Shown: in pieces, positions 38,228 through 51,403 of the stretch | Numbering within the stretch: the first letter of the stretch is position 1 | How the letters are laid out: every line of letters begins with the position of its first letter | Assembly (NCBI RefSeq): GCF_001949145.1 | Contig: NW_019091360.1 | Coordinates: 616,137-680,136 of the forward strand | From: Acanthaster planci | Lineage: Eukaryota | Direction: 5' to 3' | DNA length: 64,000 bases | Made by a program: the position numbers and the translations under genes | Notes under the pieces: model-generated | The model's database searches: none | What the model was told of the DNA's origin: nothing | The model's input: the letters and a program-made list of their open reading frames with translations, nothing else

Positions 38228-39332
38228 CTGTGGTTAATTCGAGTGACGCATCATTTTCCACTTGGTTGCTATCTACTGATGTGATACTACCGACCACAAG
38301 ACTCAATCCCTCTAGCTCCAACTCCAACCTCTCATCCACTGACAGATCCGTATTTGTCTTCTTTTCTTGTACTTTGGCAATTTCGGCTATGCCCAACTCA
38401 CTCATAACCTCAGCATTTTGTTGTTCTTTAGTTTGTTCCGTTGAAAAGGCTTTTTCTTTCCGGGTCTTGCTACCAGGCTGCGGCACACCGCTAAGCGTAA
38501 TATCCTCATAGACTGAACCGTCATCAGCTCTGGTTAAAGCGGAAAAATATCCTGACCCACTTATCACGACATCCGAGGAACCTTTACCCAAAAGAGAATG
38601 TTTGGGAATATTCAGACTATCCCCAGGGTGTCTCAGTTCGGAAAAATCCATATTGTTGTTGGTTTCAAGCGATGGATAGTCGTCTAAGCAGCCGTCTCCA
38701 CTGGCAGACTTCCCAGAGCCGCTGCTTTCATCGGTTATGTCAAAATCGTTAAGCAACTGTGCGTCCATATTTTCACCTTCGTGTTGAAGCTGCCCCGATA
38801 GATCCTCTTCAGTTGTACTGACCGTGGGAGGGGACAAAACAGTGTCAGTGTGAGACAGCTTCGGCTTCTTTTGGAAACGCTTTCCAGAAGACTTCTCAAG
38901 AGTTATGAGTTCGTTTTCTAAGTCCACTGAATCCGAAGCCTCAGATGAACTGAGCTTCTGAAGCTGGAGTGACAACGAGTGGTACTGTAGCTCCAGATCC
39001 AAGTCCTTATCTGGCCTGTCATCAGTTTCCAGCTCCTGTCCTGTCAGCGTTTCTCCTATGTCGGTGTCGTCAAATAATCCTGGAAACCTCTTGACTTCAC
39101 TGGCTTCATCGAGGTCATTTTCTCCACTGCCATGCTGCTCGGAATTGGAGGCAATGATGCCCTGCCTAACGTGCATTTTGTGGATCTCTAATCCGATGTC
39201 GACGCTCGAGCGTCCCTGTTGCTGGTTCACACTGTTATAAGTGGACAACTTTTGCAGATGTAAGGGTGACGCGGCAGCAATATTCGCGACGACAATGAGT
39301 ACAAGTACCACAATCGCCCCGTGCAATCCCAT
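38228..39332 (-). CDS. LDLa-repeat secreted protein, exon 1 (signal peptide + acidic Ser/Gly-rich region)
   Basis: The 456-aa ORF starts MGLHGAIVVLVLIVVANIAAASPL (signal-peptide-like). Donor acag|gtatgc at 38227, after which the ORF composition changes to non-coding-like. Confidence 0.85.
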
Positions 39333-42210
39333 GGCGTCTTTCCTGCGTCCGATTTTAGACGCTTATTTCAACATACACTTGTGTTCTTATTTTAGTCAAT
39401 AACTTGGATATGTTTTGTTTTTGATCATAATGATCCAAACACTGACACTACAAGAGAAAGTCTAACTGTGAACACAGAGGCACACGTTCACAATAGTTAC
39501 TGTATTTAGCAGATGTCTATACGGCAACTCGGTCTCTCAGCTACATTGATCGTTAGCACAGAAAGTCACTTTGCTTAATCCGTCTTCAAACAAAGATGGG
39601 CTCTCAATGGACAGTACAACAAAGGCGCAACTTAGAAACCTGTTATCTATGGAAATGAATAATTGATTCCATTACACATCAAATTTAAACACAAGAAACA
39701 CCTCGATGGAATGCGTGTGCAGGGAAGGTCAAAACTTGAAAGCACTGCACCCAATAATGACTCCAGTTGGTCTATATTGCATGTTTGTTCCTTTGCTATG
39801 AGTTGATTCATCCTTGTTGTCCCTTGGAGGATGTGGGTGGGTGTACGGAAGGGAAAGAATGGTCCACAGTCACATAACATAGTTTTACGTGGTGGTCTAA
39901 ATATAAAAATCGCATGCATGCAATTTTTGACTGATTAGACTACTTCTCTACCGTACGTTCATAAAATACATATATGTCATTTGAAAGTGATTTCGTCTCC
40001 AAACATTGACCGTGCATTCTAAGGTTTCTAATTTCAAAGTACAGGTATCATTCGACGGAATTTGTGTATTGCTTTATACGACAGGTGCAAATAATGTGCG
40101 TAAAATGACCGCCCTCTGGCAGCAGCTGCCTATCTGTAAATCTCATCTGAAGTGTTATCTTTAGAAAGTAAAGAAAATCAATGTCATGCTCTATCACTTA
40201 AGATATTTTACACATAAGAGGCTAATTGGTGTTTGCAATATAGGCCAAGCCAATAAAATCAACCAACGTACGATGGACATTTATATAATGGGTTTTTGCC
40301 CTTACCCAACGTATATATTAATAAACACTGTATGCGCAGTGCTTGTCCGAGAGCTTGCGAAAAAAGTCACAAGCTTACTCCGGTGGGTACAATGGACACT
40401 TTACTACGTCATTAAAACATCGCAAGTAAAGTCAGCGGTACAGCCCTAGACAACGAGACATAGCGTAATACTACAAGAGATCGATAAAATCAATCAGAAA
40501 GCCAGACCCGCAGCATGAAAAATGCATCACGTCACTTGAATGGCAGCAAAGATAGGAAAACAAAACATTTGGGACATTTCTACTGGATACATGGAAACCA
40601 GATAGAATCTCAGGACAAATCCAAGCAATTTTCTCACTATAGTAAAAACAGGTGTCATGATGAGAGAAAACTTTCTGTTTTTAATTAGTTTCTTCAGGAG
40701 AGATGGCTCAACATGAAAATTGCAACGCTGGTACCAAACCTACCAGTAAATACCCCCACGGAGGCAGCCTACAGAGACGATAAAGACGGTGGTATAGATT
40801 ACTGGCTTGAAGTTGCGTAACTACAGTCTCGTTTGTTAAGGAGTAACTTGGAGGACCATTTTCGGACTCAATGGGTTTACGGTGAATAACGGAAAGCTCT
40901 TTTTGTTCGAAATCTGCATTTTCAGCAACATTAGCCAGGAAGGGATGTCAAGTAGTTTTCTGCAATTCAGAAGAAAGTTTCATGAAATGAAGATCCTTTA
41001 CTTTTAGCATAATTATTGATGTAAAGGGGATCCATGGGCCAAGTAGGGAGTTCCCTTATAACAGCACTCCAAATGATGTCCAATATCTTTCCACTTTCCG
41101 ATTTTTCTAAAGCTGAGTAGACCTATCCGCTTTGCCTGACTTCAGAAAAAATAGAGACTGCAATAATTATTTATGTATGGTCCCCCCAAAATAAAGGTTA
41201 AGCAGACTGCTTCAGATAACAATTAGTGGGGGACACGTTTATCTAAGTAACCGATACGACTTTAATTAATATATTTGAATGAATTACAAGGTTTACCAAT
41301 AAATGTGGAAAATAAGGAGATGAGTCAATAATGCTAAAAAAAAACTGGAGGTAAGGGCACCCTGTACTCAAACCATGCTTCCCTTGTCCAATCTACCCAA
41401 CGCTTGACTTCAAAGTACCTCAACCAAACGACCCACACTTTGTAGGGCATCAGACACTGCCTGGTAGATTTTTCTTTCTTCCCAATAACGCCCCGCCCCC
41501 AAAGAAGGAAGAACAGAACAATACCGAGAAAGAAGGGGCGAAAAGGATCCCGATAAATTGCACTTGCGCAAATAACTCCGAAAATAATGTTAAACTTTTG
41601 CCAATCACATCTAACATTCCCCCACCCCAACGCCAAGCAGACTGCCGCATACCTGTACATGTATATGTATTTTAATTGATGGATTTCAGTGCTTTTTGTT
41701 AACTCGCAGAAGGCTTCACCAGTGACGAGGACAGCAGCGACAGTGGACAGCAGTGACAGCAGTGAAGACTCCTGCGATGAATCCATCTAAAGCTGGTAAG
41801 ATTTGGCAAATTTGTCTGTCTGTCGGGCTGGCTGTCTCTCTGTCGATCGGTTGATCGGACTGTTTGTAGGGCGGGCTTTCTGTCCGTCTATTGAGCTGTC
41901 ATTTAATTTCTTATGTCCTCTGCTTGCCTACACATTAATAGGACAGCTTGCTGGCGCCATACAATGCAGAAAGCAGGCATCTCCGCCATCGAGACGAGTG
42001 AAGCGTCTAATGGAATCGAAAGTATACTTTCTGTACATCTGTACTGTATGGCTGTGAGGGTCTGAGCGTGAAAGTTGGCGTTCACTGTCTGAATGGGAGA
42101 CTTTGAGGCGCTTGGTGGTGACCAACATTCCGGTCCTTTTTACTAGTTCTGAGCATGCGCGCATTGGTCTATGCGTGCGTGCACAGCTCTGAGCACGTGC
42201 AATACCCTGA

Positions 42211-42692
42211 GGGTGCACCACTACAAATAAATTCCCATAGACAGCAATGATAAATCCCCATACTTCACAAAATATTTAAAAAATACAACTCTCACAGGTG
42301 TTCAGGCTGCACAGAAAATGATGTTTCACATGCCCCCTTTCATTTTCCTTTCAATTTTCGGAGGGTTGACCAATGAATTTTTAAGAAATTTTCACCAGAA
42401 GCAGACCACCCCTAAAATGAAGAAAATGTCCCTGTCCAGAAAAGAAGCCATTTTGAAAAAACATCCCTCTGCAAAATGGCTCAAATAGTGCCACTTTTGG
42501 ACCCGATTGCATTCAAATTGCTCAGAATTGGAAGCCCTGAGTCCGGCCCAGAGGTTCAGTCTCAGATTTCTTCAATTCCCCAGTTCCATGGCTCTCAGAA
42601 CCCTCTAATATAGAATATTTTGAGTGTATAACTTTTATTAACGAGCTCGGCGGACATAGTATGATTTCTGGCCTAAATACGACGGTGCACCC
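42211..42692. mobile_element. MITE with GGGTGCACC termini
   Basis: gggtgcacc...ggtgcaccc; ends and layout resemble 21066-21490. Confidence 0.5.
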
Positions 42693-44284
42693 TTGAAAAA
42701 GGACCGATATGTCTGCTGCCACCAGCGTCTCAAAGTGTCCCATTGGAGTCCATTCATATGCACGTTACCCGTGTGCTATGTCTGGCATTGGACATTATGC
42801 TAACACAAAAACAAACAAAAATTTTATAACACAACTATTATATTATTACTATACAATAAATTATACACTCTTAAAAGTAGGTGTACATTTAAGAAATCTA
42901 CCATGCCTGACTGCGTAAAGAAGTGTAAGTCACGTGCTCTAAGTCGTCTCAAAATCCTCGCTGTAAAATTGAAAATTAGAATACTTATAAATTACATATG
43001 TAAATTTTTGGTACCTTAATATTTATCACTGTTACACTTGGAGACCTTAGGCTGTTGGACCATTTGTTACAACAAACTCCACCCCATCCCCATTTGCAAT
43101 AAAGAGAAAAGAAAATCCTTACATTTTATGTCGGTAAAATATGTACTCCCTAACATTTTCATTTGATGAAATGCATTCTGTGCATTTGATAACGTGACAC
43201 TTTTATGCTTTAAGTTTTCTTTAGAGAACTATGACAGAGCAAATGTTTAACAGCTCATGTTTTACGTTTTCTAACGACAGCTTGCCCGAAAGTAAGATTT
43301 ATTCTAAATCTAGATCGCAACGTTTCCTATCTCTATCAACAGTCTCACAGGACTGTTTAGGAACTGTGCCAGTGTGAAATAATGTAGGCTCGTGTTACAA
43401 ACGTCGGATATCATTTTTAAAACTATGCAAGGAACAACGCTGCTCTTGTAAAAATACCAGGCGATTCTGAATGCAAAACTCCCTAACTTGGGAAATATCC
43501 AGTGAACATAACCATGAACACATTAATGAATACATTAAAGAGATCATGTAGTGCATTACATTTACTTCAAACCTAGAAATATACCCGAGTTTCAATTAAT
43601 CTCACTTTTATCTACTTTTGAAAGGTATTTGGGTGCCTTTTTGGATTTATGCTTATCCAAATTTAAATATTCATGACCAAAACTGTGATGTCAGGTAAAC
43701 AAATCTTGGGCAAGTTCGGGCGCGAACTGCAGTTCAACAACTTCTTAACAGAGCCTGAAAGTAAGAGGTCACGCAGCGAGCTTCCGGAATCCTTGCGGGT
43801 CCTCCTAAAGGGGATTTCTACATGGGTCATCCTATCATATCCTATAATTTTGGGAAGAATGATTTCTAATTGAAACCACCCCAAGAAACACTCATGTCGG
43901 AATTTCCCCCTTGTCTTCCTCAAGTAATATTTAGCGAAAGTCACCTGGAGATGGGTAAAAAACGAATTTCATCAACGAACTTTTGCTTCCGGCAGTATCG
44001 TTCCTAGGTCTCCGCTCATGCTCGTTTATTTTCATTTCCCGTACTTACGTGGAAACGAGAGTGTACAAGATTTACCTTCCCTGCAGTCGATGGGTTCCAG
44101 ATTCTGTTGAGTTGACGTGACACAATTCTTGTCAGCAAAGGTTAGCTTATACATCAAAATCTTTCGTAAAAGCATGTTATTGCTTTAAGTTTATTTCCTT
44201 ATAAATTTCAAAATCCTTAAGATATTTAGGTTGTTTTTATTTTGGCTTTTACCCAAAAGACTACCATGATCTGTAATTCCGTAA

Positions 44285-44456
44285 TACGGGTGATTCACAA
44301 TAGTACGCCCCCAAGAGCTTGACACTTGTTGGCCAATCCCAACGCGCGACTTCTGTCGACCCTTTCCAAACGCGCTTTGGGTTGACAGATTTTGTGTATT
44401 GTGATTGGCCAACGCGTTGCAACCTCTTGGAGGCGCACTATTGTGAAATGCCCGTA
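44285..44456. mobile_element. 172-bp TIR element (empty version of 30833-31478)
   Basis: tacgggtgattcacaatagtacgcc...ggcgcactattgtgaaatgcccgta. Partial copies end at 32013 and 27229. Confidence 0.8.
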
Positions 44457-45773
44457 TAGTTCATATGCGTACGAAACCACCGAACTGCACTGTTCTCCAT
44501 GTATTTTAGATTTTCAGAAGTGAAGTCTCTTTTAGGTCAGGTCATTTGTCATTTTCCATAAATTGATATGCTAGCGAATATAAGAGTAGAGTTTTTAAGA
44601 AGTAACTGAACGAAAAAATATGACAAATTCTGAAATTTCCTATCTAAGGGTTCCGGAAGTGCGCCATCAGGATTCACCTTTCAGGCTCTATTGCTTAAAT
44701 ATACGCAACATTAGTATGGTCACACTCGAACTAACCAAGTTTTATTTATGTGCGTTATCGTTGGTTGCAACTCTCGCTGTGTTCAGGGTTGATGAAATTC
44801 CGTACAATTATTTTCTTGTAACTGGTTCGCTTGTACTGATAAATGAAATCGGGTACTTATAACCTGTGGCATGACCAGGACCTGGTTCCAAAAAATGGTC
44901 AAAGCTATGCATTCTTTGGGCTACTTGGTCGAACTACGGTTCGAACTAGTCGTACTCGAACTTGCTCCTTAATGTTGCCAGTGCAACAAATCAGTATTTG
45001 TGCACCAAAACAAAAACTGTTGCAGTTTCAGATATTACTTTTAGCAAAATCTACTTTTCTTTAGTGATTTATATCTGTTGCAGTACATGGCAACAAGCCA
45101 ACAAGCAACACTTTCCCGAAAATGCTTTTAATTAGCAGATTAATAGGCTTAACCATTTGAAAAAACCTATACTGGGAGCAAGTCTTTCCCAACTGACATC
45201 ACAGCACTGCACCCTCAGTTGTATAGGAAAAAATGACAGTTTTTAATGTTTAAAAAGTCAGCGTTTCAATATACATGTATTTAATGTAAAAAGGATGTCA
45301 ATTTGTTATAAATGAGTATAAAGTTGGACAGAAAGTGTCTGTAAGGAAATGTCATCACCTCAACACTTTAAACTGAGATCTTTAGGGCGTATAATTTCAT
45401 ACTTCTGGGGCGTATTTTCGTGACCCTTAAACCAGAAACGTTTTTGAGACGTCAAAGCAAAAAGCAGTAACATGTTCAAGCTGGCCCACAAAAACGAAGA
45501 ACAGGAAACCGTGAAGTCATCTGACATTGAAAAAAAAATCAAGAAAGCAAACGATTTTCTCGACGAACGTCATTTTTACTCAATATTCGTCATATTTCTG
45601 CTGCTCTCTAAAATGTGGATGCCATTCTAAAAAATAATTTATAAAATATACATGCGACCTAAGATGTTAGAGGTCGTGTACAGACCCTTGGGTCTAACAT
45701 TGGGTGTATTCCCTTATGAACATGTACAATGAAAATTCTGAAATATGAACTCAGTCTCTTTAAAGTTTTCAGC

Positions 45774-46066
45774 TCATGCAAATACGGGTAATTTCTGCAG
45801 CACATCCTGTCTGTTTAGACTCTTTAAAGCAGCTACCAACACGCTGACAACAGCACCCTCTCTATCCGACCATACCGTCAACATGCGGTGAACAGGTAAA
45901 TCATCATCGGAAGTTTTGATGAAATGCACGATGTCTTTGTCTGAGAATCCTAGCTCATGAGCAAGTCCCCTCCAATCTCGCCTATCCAGCCGTGAGATTC
46001 CAAGTAGAGACTCCACTTCGGAACGTGTCGTTGTGGATAAATCTCGGTATAAAGTGGTACTCGGAA
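45774..46066 (-). CDS. NGFR: p75NTR-like receptor, terminal exon (death domain)
   Basis: gaacag|VPSTTLYRDLSTTTRSEVESLLGISRLDRRDWRGLAHELGF...LKSLNRQDVLQKLPVFA*; resembles the p75NTR death domain (LYSSLP..REEVEKLL..DTWRHLAGELGY). Confidence 0.88.
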
Positions 46067-47456
46067 CTGTTCGGCGTAAAATATAAAGTACTTCAACTTA
46101 AGGTCATCTAGAATAGAACTTCTATTCTATCACCTTATAAAACTATTCTTACTTACTACTGCATCCATAAGAATTTATTATTTTTATGAAAAACGCACAC
46201 GTGAAATTAATGTTGCGCCCAGGACGGTTCCGAAGTATCTCCGCCTGGGGAATGAGGAGTTAGCACTCTATAAGAGCCGGGGCGGAATTCGCCCTCCCAA
46301 CATTTTCCGATATCGTCGCAGTGCATGATCTTCAAGCGCCACTCTTGCGGAAATCTTTTTTACATATACACAATAACAATGACTGCAATAATTGTGTGGG
46401 GTTTTTTTTGGTTTAAATTTTGTATTTTTGTTTTGGGTTTTGTGTTTTTAGCCGAAACGAAGACACACACTAGTCAGTGCCCACTTTATGGCTAGATGCT
46501 TTTTTGACAACCCAAGAGCTGGTAAGTTTATGACAATATTTTCTGGAGTCTGTGAATACCAGATTGTCTTGCCACTGCCCGGCAATGCTCCTCTCAAGAA
46601 GTCACAGGATACATACATTGTACATTCCCATGAGCTGTCCTGTTGGTTTGTCACTTCTTAGTGACTGAATCAAACACTTTGCACAGCAGTCACGTGACAA
46701 ACGTGGCTTTATATGACATGCTAATTGAACACAAGCAGTTCTTTTTACTGGGACAGATATGAAAAGGGGAACTCCGAATCAATGCTGAAGGGTAGATAGG
46801 GTCTTTCAGCAGTTGCCCAACCACTGTCAAATGGAATTGTGGGAGGGATAAGACGCCATCTTCACATAGCAGCAATGTTCATATACATGTAGTTATTGAT
46901 GTGTATAACTGGGCAACTGAGCGCTGGTGACTGAGGGGCTCTGGTGAGAAAGGACGCTTGTTGGAAATTACCAGGGAGACAAATAACCCCTTTCCATCGA
47001 TATGCCATTGACGGAGGCACAAGTGAATTTTAAAGAATAAATAACGTAGACCTCTGCTGAAATTGTCTGCCTGCATTTCCAGAATTTATCGGCGAATTCG
47101 AACGACCAATCCGCGGCTTTTAAGAGGCGTGCGCTCGTTTGGCACTTTACCGCCTTGTTAACAATAAAATTGGACCCATAATACGCGCACTCAGCGTACC
47201 CGTATCCGCTATTTTGGCAATTTCACGGCTCAAATTAAAGATCGGGTAAACTGTTCTGAACGAAATAACCGAACACTGTAAACAGGGTTCCTTTATTAAT
47301 AGGTGAGAGTTCCTTTCAAACTGCACCTAAACCTACTTTAAGCACGACAACCACTAAATCCGGTTCGAATCCAAGAGTATACTTATAAGTAGGGCATTGT
47401 GGTGGCAAATGTATATTATATCCAAAGACATTGACACTCCCTCTTGATATACTTAC

Positions 47457-47593
47457 CGGTCATAAGAGGCGTTTGGTCAGTCGGTTGCCTGCTTGGGGCT
47501 AAACTAGGGGGCAAATCTGCAGATTTCTTAATAGAATGCGCTCCTGCACTGGACACATCGATGTCAGCTTTAGATGGAGATCCTAAAGGTGAC
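47457..47593 (-). CDS. NGFR: p75NTR-like receptor, intracellular juxtamembrane exon
   Basis: ctctgcag|..SPLGSPSKADIDV...QTPLMT|gtaagt; phase 2 in, phase 1 out, matching neighbours. Confidence 0.8.
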
Positions 47594-47871
47594 CTGCAGA
47601 GATCGACATAGGACATTTTACATACACAGGTTTAATTCAAGTATTATTCAAATGACCATTTGGCCTATTTGTTCTTTATACAGGAAGGTAGTAATATCAT
47701 TCGTCAAATAAGTACAGTATTGGTCCGGGGATCACTTTAATACCAAACAAAAGGGCGGGGTAGTGACCATTTCCAAATATCCTTATTGGCGATAGGATCA
47801 AGTTCAATGTTACAGAAAAATTAATATCGAGGCAGATGTAAGTACATGCATGCACATGTACTTAGCCTTAC

Positions 47872-48079
47872 CTTGTTTGCTTTGCATGAGAACGCAGCTT
47901 TACTTTTCTGAAAGACCATCTCTTGAAGATCACATAACCCAGGAGACCGATTACTACGAAAGCTAAGATGGCGCAGTAGATGGGCACAATGCTGGGAGGT
48001 CTGCTGTTTATTACGTGGGCAACGGTGTCTGGGGTTTCGCTGCTATGTTGGTATGCTGTGGTTGTTGACATCACTGTAT
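47872..48079 (-). CDS. NGFR: p75NTR-like receptor, stalk + transmembrane exon
   Basis: IVPIYCAILAFVVIGLLGYVIFKRW compared with vertebrate p75NTR LIPVYCSILAAVVVGLVAYIAFKRW; canonical splice sites. Confidence 0.92.
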
Positions 48080-48754
48080 CTGTGTCATAAGTGCAAGAAA
48101 AGGTTTTATTACACGAAGCTAGTTCGGAGAGAACCTTCATATTGTCATTTATATATTTTACTTCTTATATCGTGGACTAGTTTTTAAGCATATTTTCATA
48201 TGCTCGTTAAAGTTTGTTTTATTATAAATTTGTCAGAAAATAAGAGTCTACCATGATGAAATAAAACACTTTATCACAAAAAACATAATAGCAAAAGTGT
48301 GTAAAACGTAGGCATCACACAATAAACGAACAAGGCATTAAGAACAAATCGATGCTGCCACGTTCAATCCGAAAAACTTAATCCAATCGTTAATGACAGC
48401 TGCTGTCAATTTTGTCTGAATCTTTATCGGTGGATTAACGTAACTGTCTCATCTCTTTATAATTCAAAGAAACGGGACTTTTTTATTTCTTTTTTTTTTC
48501 TTATGTGATGTCGAGGCATGGGAAATCACTGTTTGCTGCACAAAATCACTTTTTTGAAAGTAAGACAATGAATGAAATGTACGGGGAGCAGCACTGCTTC
48601 TAATTATGCAAAAACTCATTCAAATGGCAGAGGCTTGTTTAGGCCCTTTCAATCTAACCACAGAGCATAGACACATCCAACCGCTCAACAAAGTACAGCT
48701 TGAGTCACACAGCATGACAGGAATTTTGACATTAATTATTAATGGTATTAGCAC

Positions 48755-49259
48755 CTGAGCAAACCGTGTCAGAAAACCTTGTGCACATTTCCAAGACAAC
48801 AGTGCCTTCAAGGCAAGTACTGCAAGGCACACAACCCTTGGTGGCGCTCGTCAAGTCAGAGTATGTCCCATTGGCACAGGACTCGCACTCGGTGTTGTGC
48901 TGAGTGGCGCATTTAACGGTAGCACCGAATCCTGGAGGGCACGTATTACACTGGCTACAAGATCCATCTGCCGTATGGTAGTAGTTCCTCCGGCATTCAC
49001 AAAGGGTATCATGGGTGATATTGCAGGAGTGCCTGACAAACTCATTTCTAGCACATCTTTTGCAGGGCATGCAGCCAGCTGTATGGCTGGGCTCGGGCGA
49101 AAAGGTTATATCGGCGTAACAGTGCATGCAGATAGTGTTGTTAAAGGCTGAGCAACGGGACTGGACGCCCCATCCAGGAGGGCATTGCAGACAACAATCA
49201 CCAGTAGAAGTGGTCTCTTTGCTAGGACATTCAGGTGACGGAAGCGGAGTACACTCAGC
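48755..49259 (-). CDS. NGFR: p75NTR-like receptor, exon with four TNFR cysteine-rich domains
   Basis: ttttacag|AECTPLPSPEC..GDCCLQCPPGWGVQSRC..NTICMHC..TFS..CMPCKRC..DTLCEC..CNTCPPGFG..NTECESCANGTYSD..CVPCSTC..DTVCS; TNFR/NGFR CRD pattern. Confidence 0.92.
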
Positions 49260-49639
49260 CTGTAAAAGATTGAATCGAATAAACATTAGAAAATTTTCGT
49301 TAGATTTCATATACGTGTGACGCCCATTTGTATTTGAGTTATTTTTTTTACTAAGTGATTGGGTAACTTTATTATTAGGTGATTGGGCTTACCCAGTCAC
49401 TTTCTGGAATTAATACGATTCTTGCTTTTCGTCGTCGTCCAATAATTCTCTGAGCCTTTTTTTTTCAATATGGTGGAAAGCATAAACTTGAAAGATGGTA
49501 TAGGCATCATCCTGATCCCGAGGTGTATAGGTGCTGTATGATATGAGGCGCCCTTTCTTAGTACAAAAAATTAAACGAAAATAATATATATGTGACGAAA
49601 CTAATATATGTAGGACGAAAGTGAAATAAATCTAAAACG

Positions 49640-51300
49640 AAACGAAGAAGTGCATACAGGACAAAGCTAATACATAAAGTAGGAAACCAATATATTAATA
49701 GGACAAAAGTACATTTAAAGGACGAAGGTGATTGTATATTGGACGAAAACTAATAAATATACAACAAAGCTCATATATAAACGACGAAACTAATAGAAAA
49801 CGAAAATAAAATATAGGACAAAACCAATATAATTATATAGGACGAAATTAATGTATATAGAATGAAACTAATATAAATAGAACGAAACTAAAAAATATAG
49901 AATGAAACTAAAAAAATAATAGAACTAATAAAAGTAGAACGGAACATTAGAACGAAACTAATATAGAACGGAACTAATAAATATAGAACGGAATTTATAA
50001 ATATAGAACGAAACTAATATAGAACGGAACTTATAAATAAGACGAAGCGCCGCCACCTCGACGCCAGACCAGTTGTGATATAGACCAAAATGTAAGAACG
50101 AAAACGTAAACATTTATAAGACTAAGCGCCATTTAGCAACCGGTCTTGCCGCGAGCGCGCGCCATTCCCGACACGGAAAGAGATACACGGACAACAGTTG
50201 ATGCCCCTTTGCACAAACCATTATTTGACTTGTCTGAAAAAAACTGTTTTCTAAGTAAATGCTTCGGAATTTTCATCGCTAAATTTCACTTTTGGGATAT
50301 GTAAAATCACTTTATGACGGCTGTTGTAACATTTTAAGGGAAAATTAGTGTTGTATGTAACTCTTATGGAACTCTTTCTCCGACACTTTTGATGATAATT
50401 ACGGACGTCGGACGGTGGACTAGGACGTCACTTGTCGTAGAGATTTGTCAAAACGAGAGCTGTGATCCTGAACCATGGCTCGAGAGTTGAAAAATGTGAA
50501 CGTATGCCCCTATGAAAAGTCGTTGACAACCTCCTCCAAACCCTGCTTTCAATGCAATGTGGCAATGGGCCTAGGCCTACTGCTACGAGTGCCAGTGTTA
50601 ATAGCGTAATGCCTGACACTTACAGCGGTGCCCCTGGCACTGGAGCCCGACTGTCAACAACGTGGTCAATCACAATCGGCATGATCAGCAACCGGAAACG
50701 TAACAGTGTGGCCTAACCATGATGCGGTGCTTCTCAATGTTGTTCTGTATGGTCCTAACATTTCGGAGCATTATTGAGAAAGCTCCGCATCACTTGAAAA
50801 CAATTGAAAAAGCTCTGCATCATGGTTAGGAGCGACGTCCGCGAACCAGTCGGTAAATGGCACTTCGTCTTATATATTTTACGTTTTCGTTCTATATTTT
50901 ACGTTTTCGTTCTATATATTTTACATATTGGTCTATATCACAACTGGTCTGGCGTCGAGGTGGCGGCGCTTCGTCTTCTTTATTAGTTTCGTTCTACATT
51001 TGTTAGTTTAGTTCTATATTTATTTCTTTCGTTCCATATTTATTAGATTCGTCCTATATACCTTAGTTTCATCCTTTACATATTAGTTTCATCCTGTATG
51101 GCCTATATTGGAATTGCCCTACAAAGTATTGTTCGTTCTAGATTTATTAGTTTCGTCGTTTTATATGAGTTTTGTCATATATTTATTAGATTTCGTCCTA
51201 TATAAAGTACCTTTGTCCTTCAAATGTAAAACTTGTCCGATATACAGATTGGTTTCGTACTTTATGTATTAATTTTGTTGTATATATACTTTTTTCGTCC
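49640..51300. repeat. Large inverted repeat (arms about 49640-50150 and 50840-51300) built of AT-rich 'gaacgaaactaata' subrepeats; foldback-like element
   Basis: aagacgaagcgccgccacctcgacgccagaccagttgtgatatagaccaa (50039-50088) is the exact reverse complement of 50928-50977; the arms stay colinear outward. Confidence 0.85.
50581..50682 (-). CDS. Candidate first (signal-peptide) exon of the p75NTR-like gene; contains an in-frame TAA
   Basis: MPIVIDHVVDSRAPVPGAPL*VSGITLLTLALVA|gtaggc; the phase-0 donor fits the phase-0 acceptor at 49259. It lies inside a large inverted repeat, so it may be fortuitous. Confidence 0.3.
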
Positions 51301-51403
51301 ATCATAAATGCTGTAAATGCCCTTGGAAAACAGTACAAAATTGAACCGGAAGGGGTTTGTGCGTGATGTGCGCACAACGGTCTGTAAGCCTATTCCATTC
51401 ATT

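Noticed and set aside
41334..41786. 150-aa minus-strand ORF with hydrophobic stretches
   Set aside because: No recognisable domain; the hydrophobicity derives from T/G-rich low-complexity DNA; no supporting exon chain.
47355..47375. ggttcgaatcc B-box-like motif suggesting tRNA or SINE
   Set aside because: No A box, cloverleaf or tail could be built around it.
49860..50040. Regularly spaced gaacgaaactaata motifs
   Set aside because: Degenerate tandem subrepeats within an inverted-repeat arm; no unique spacers.
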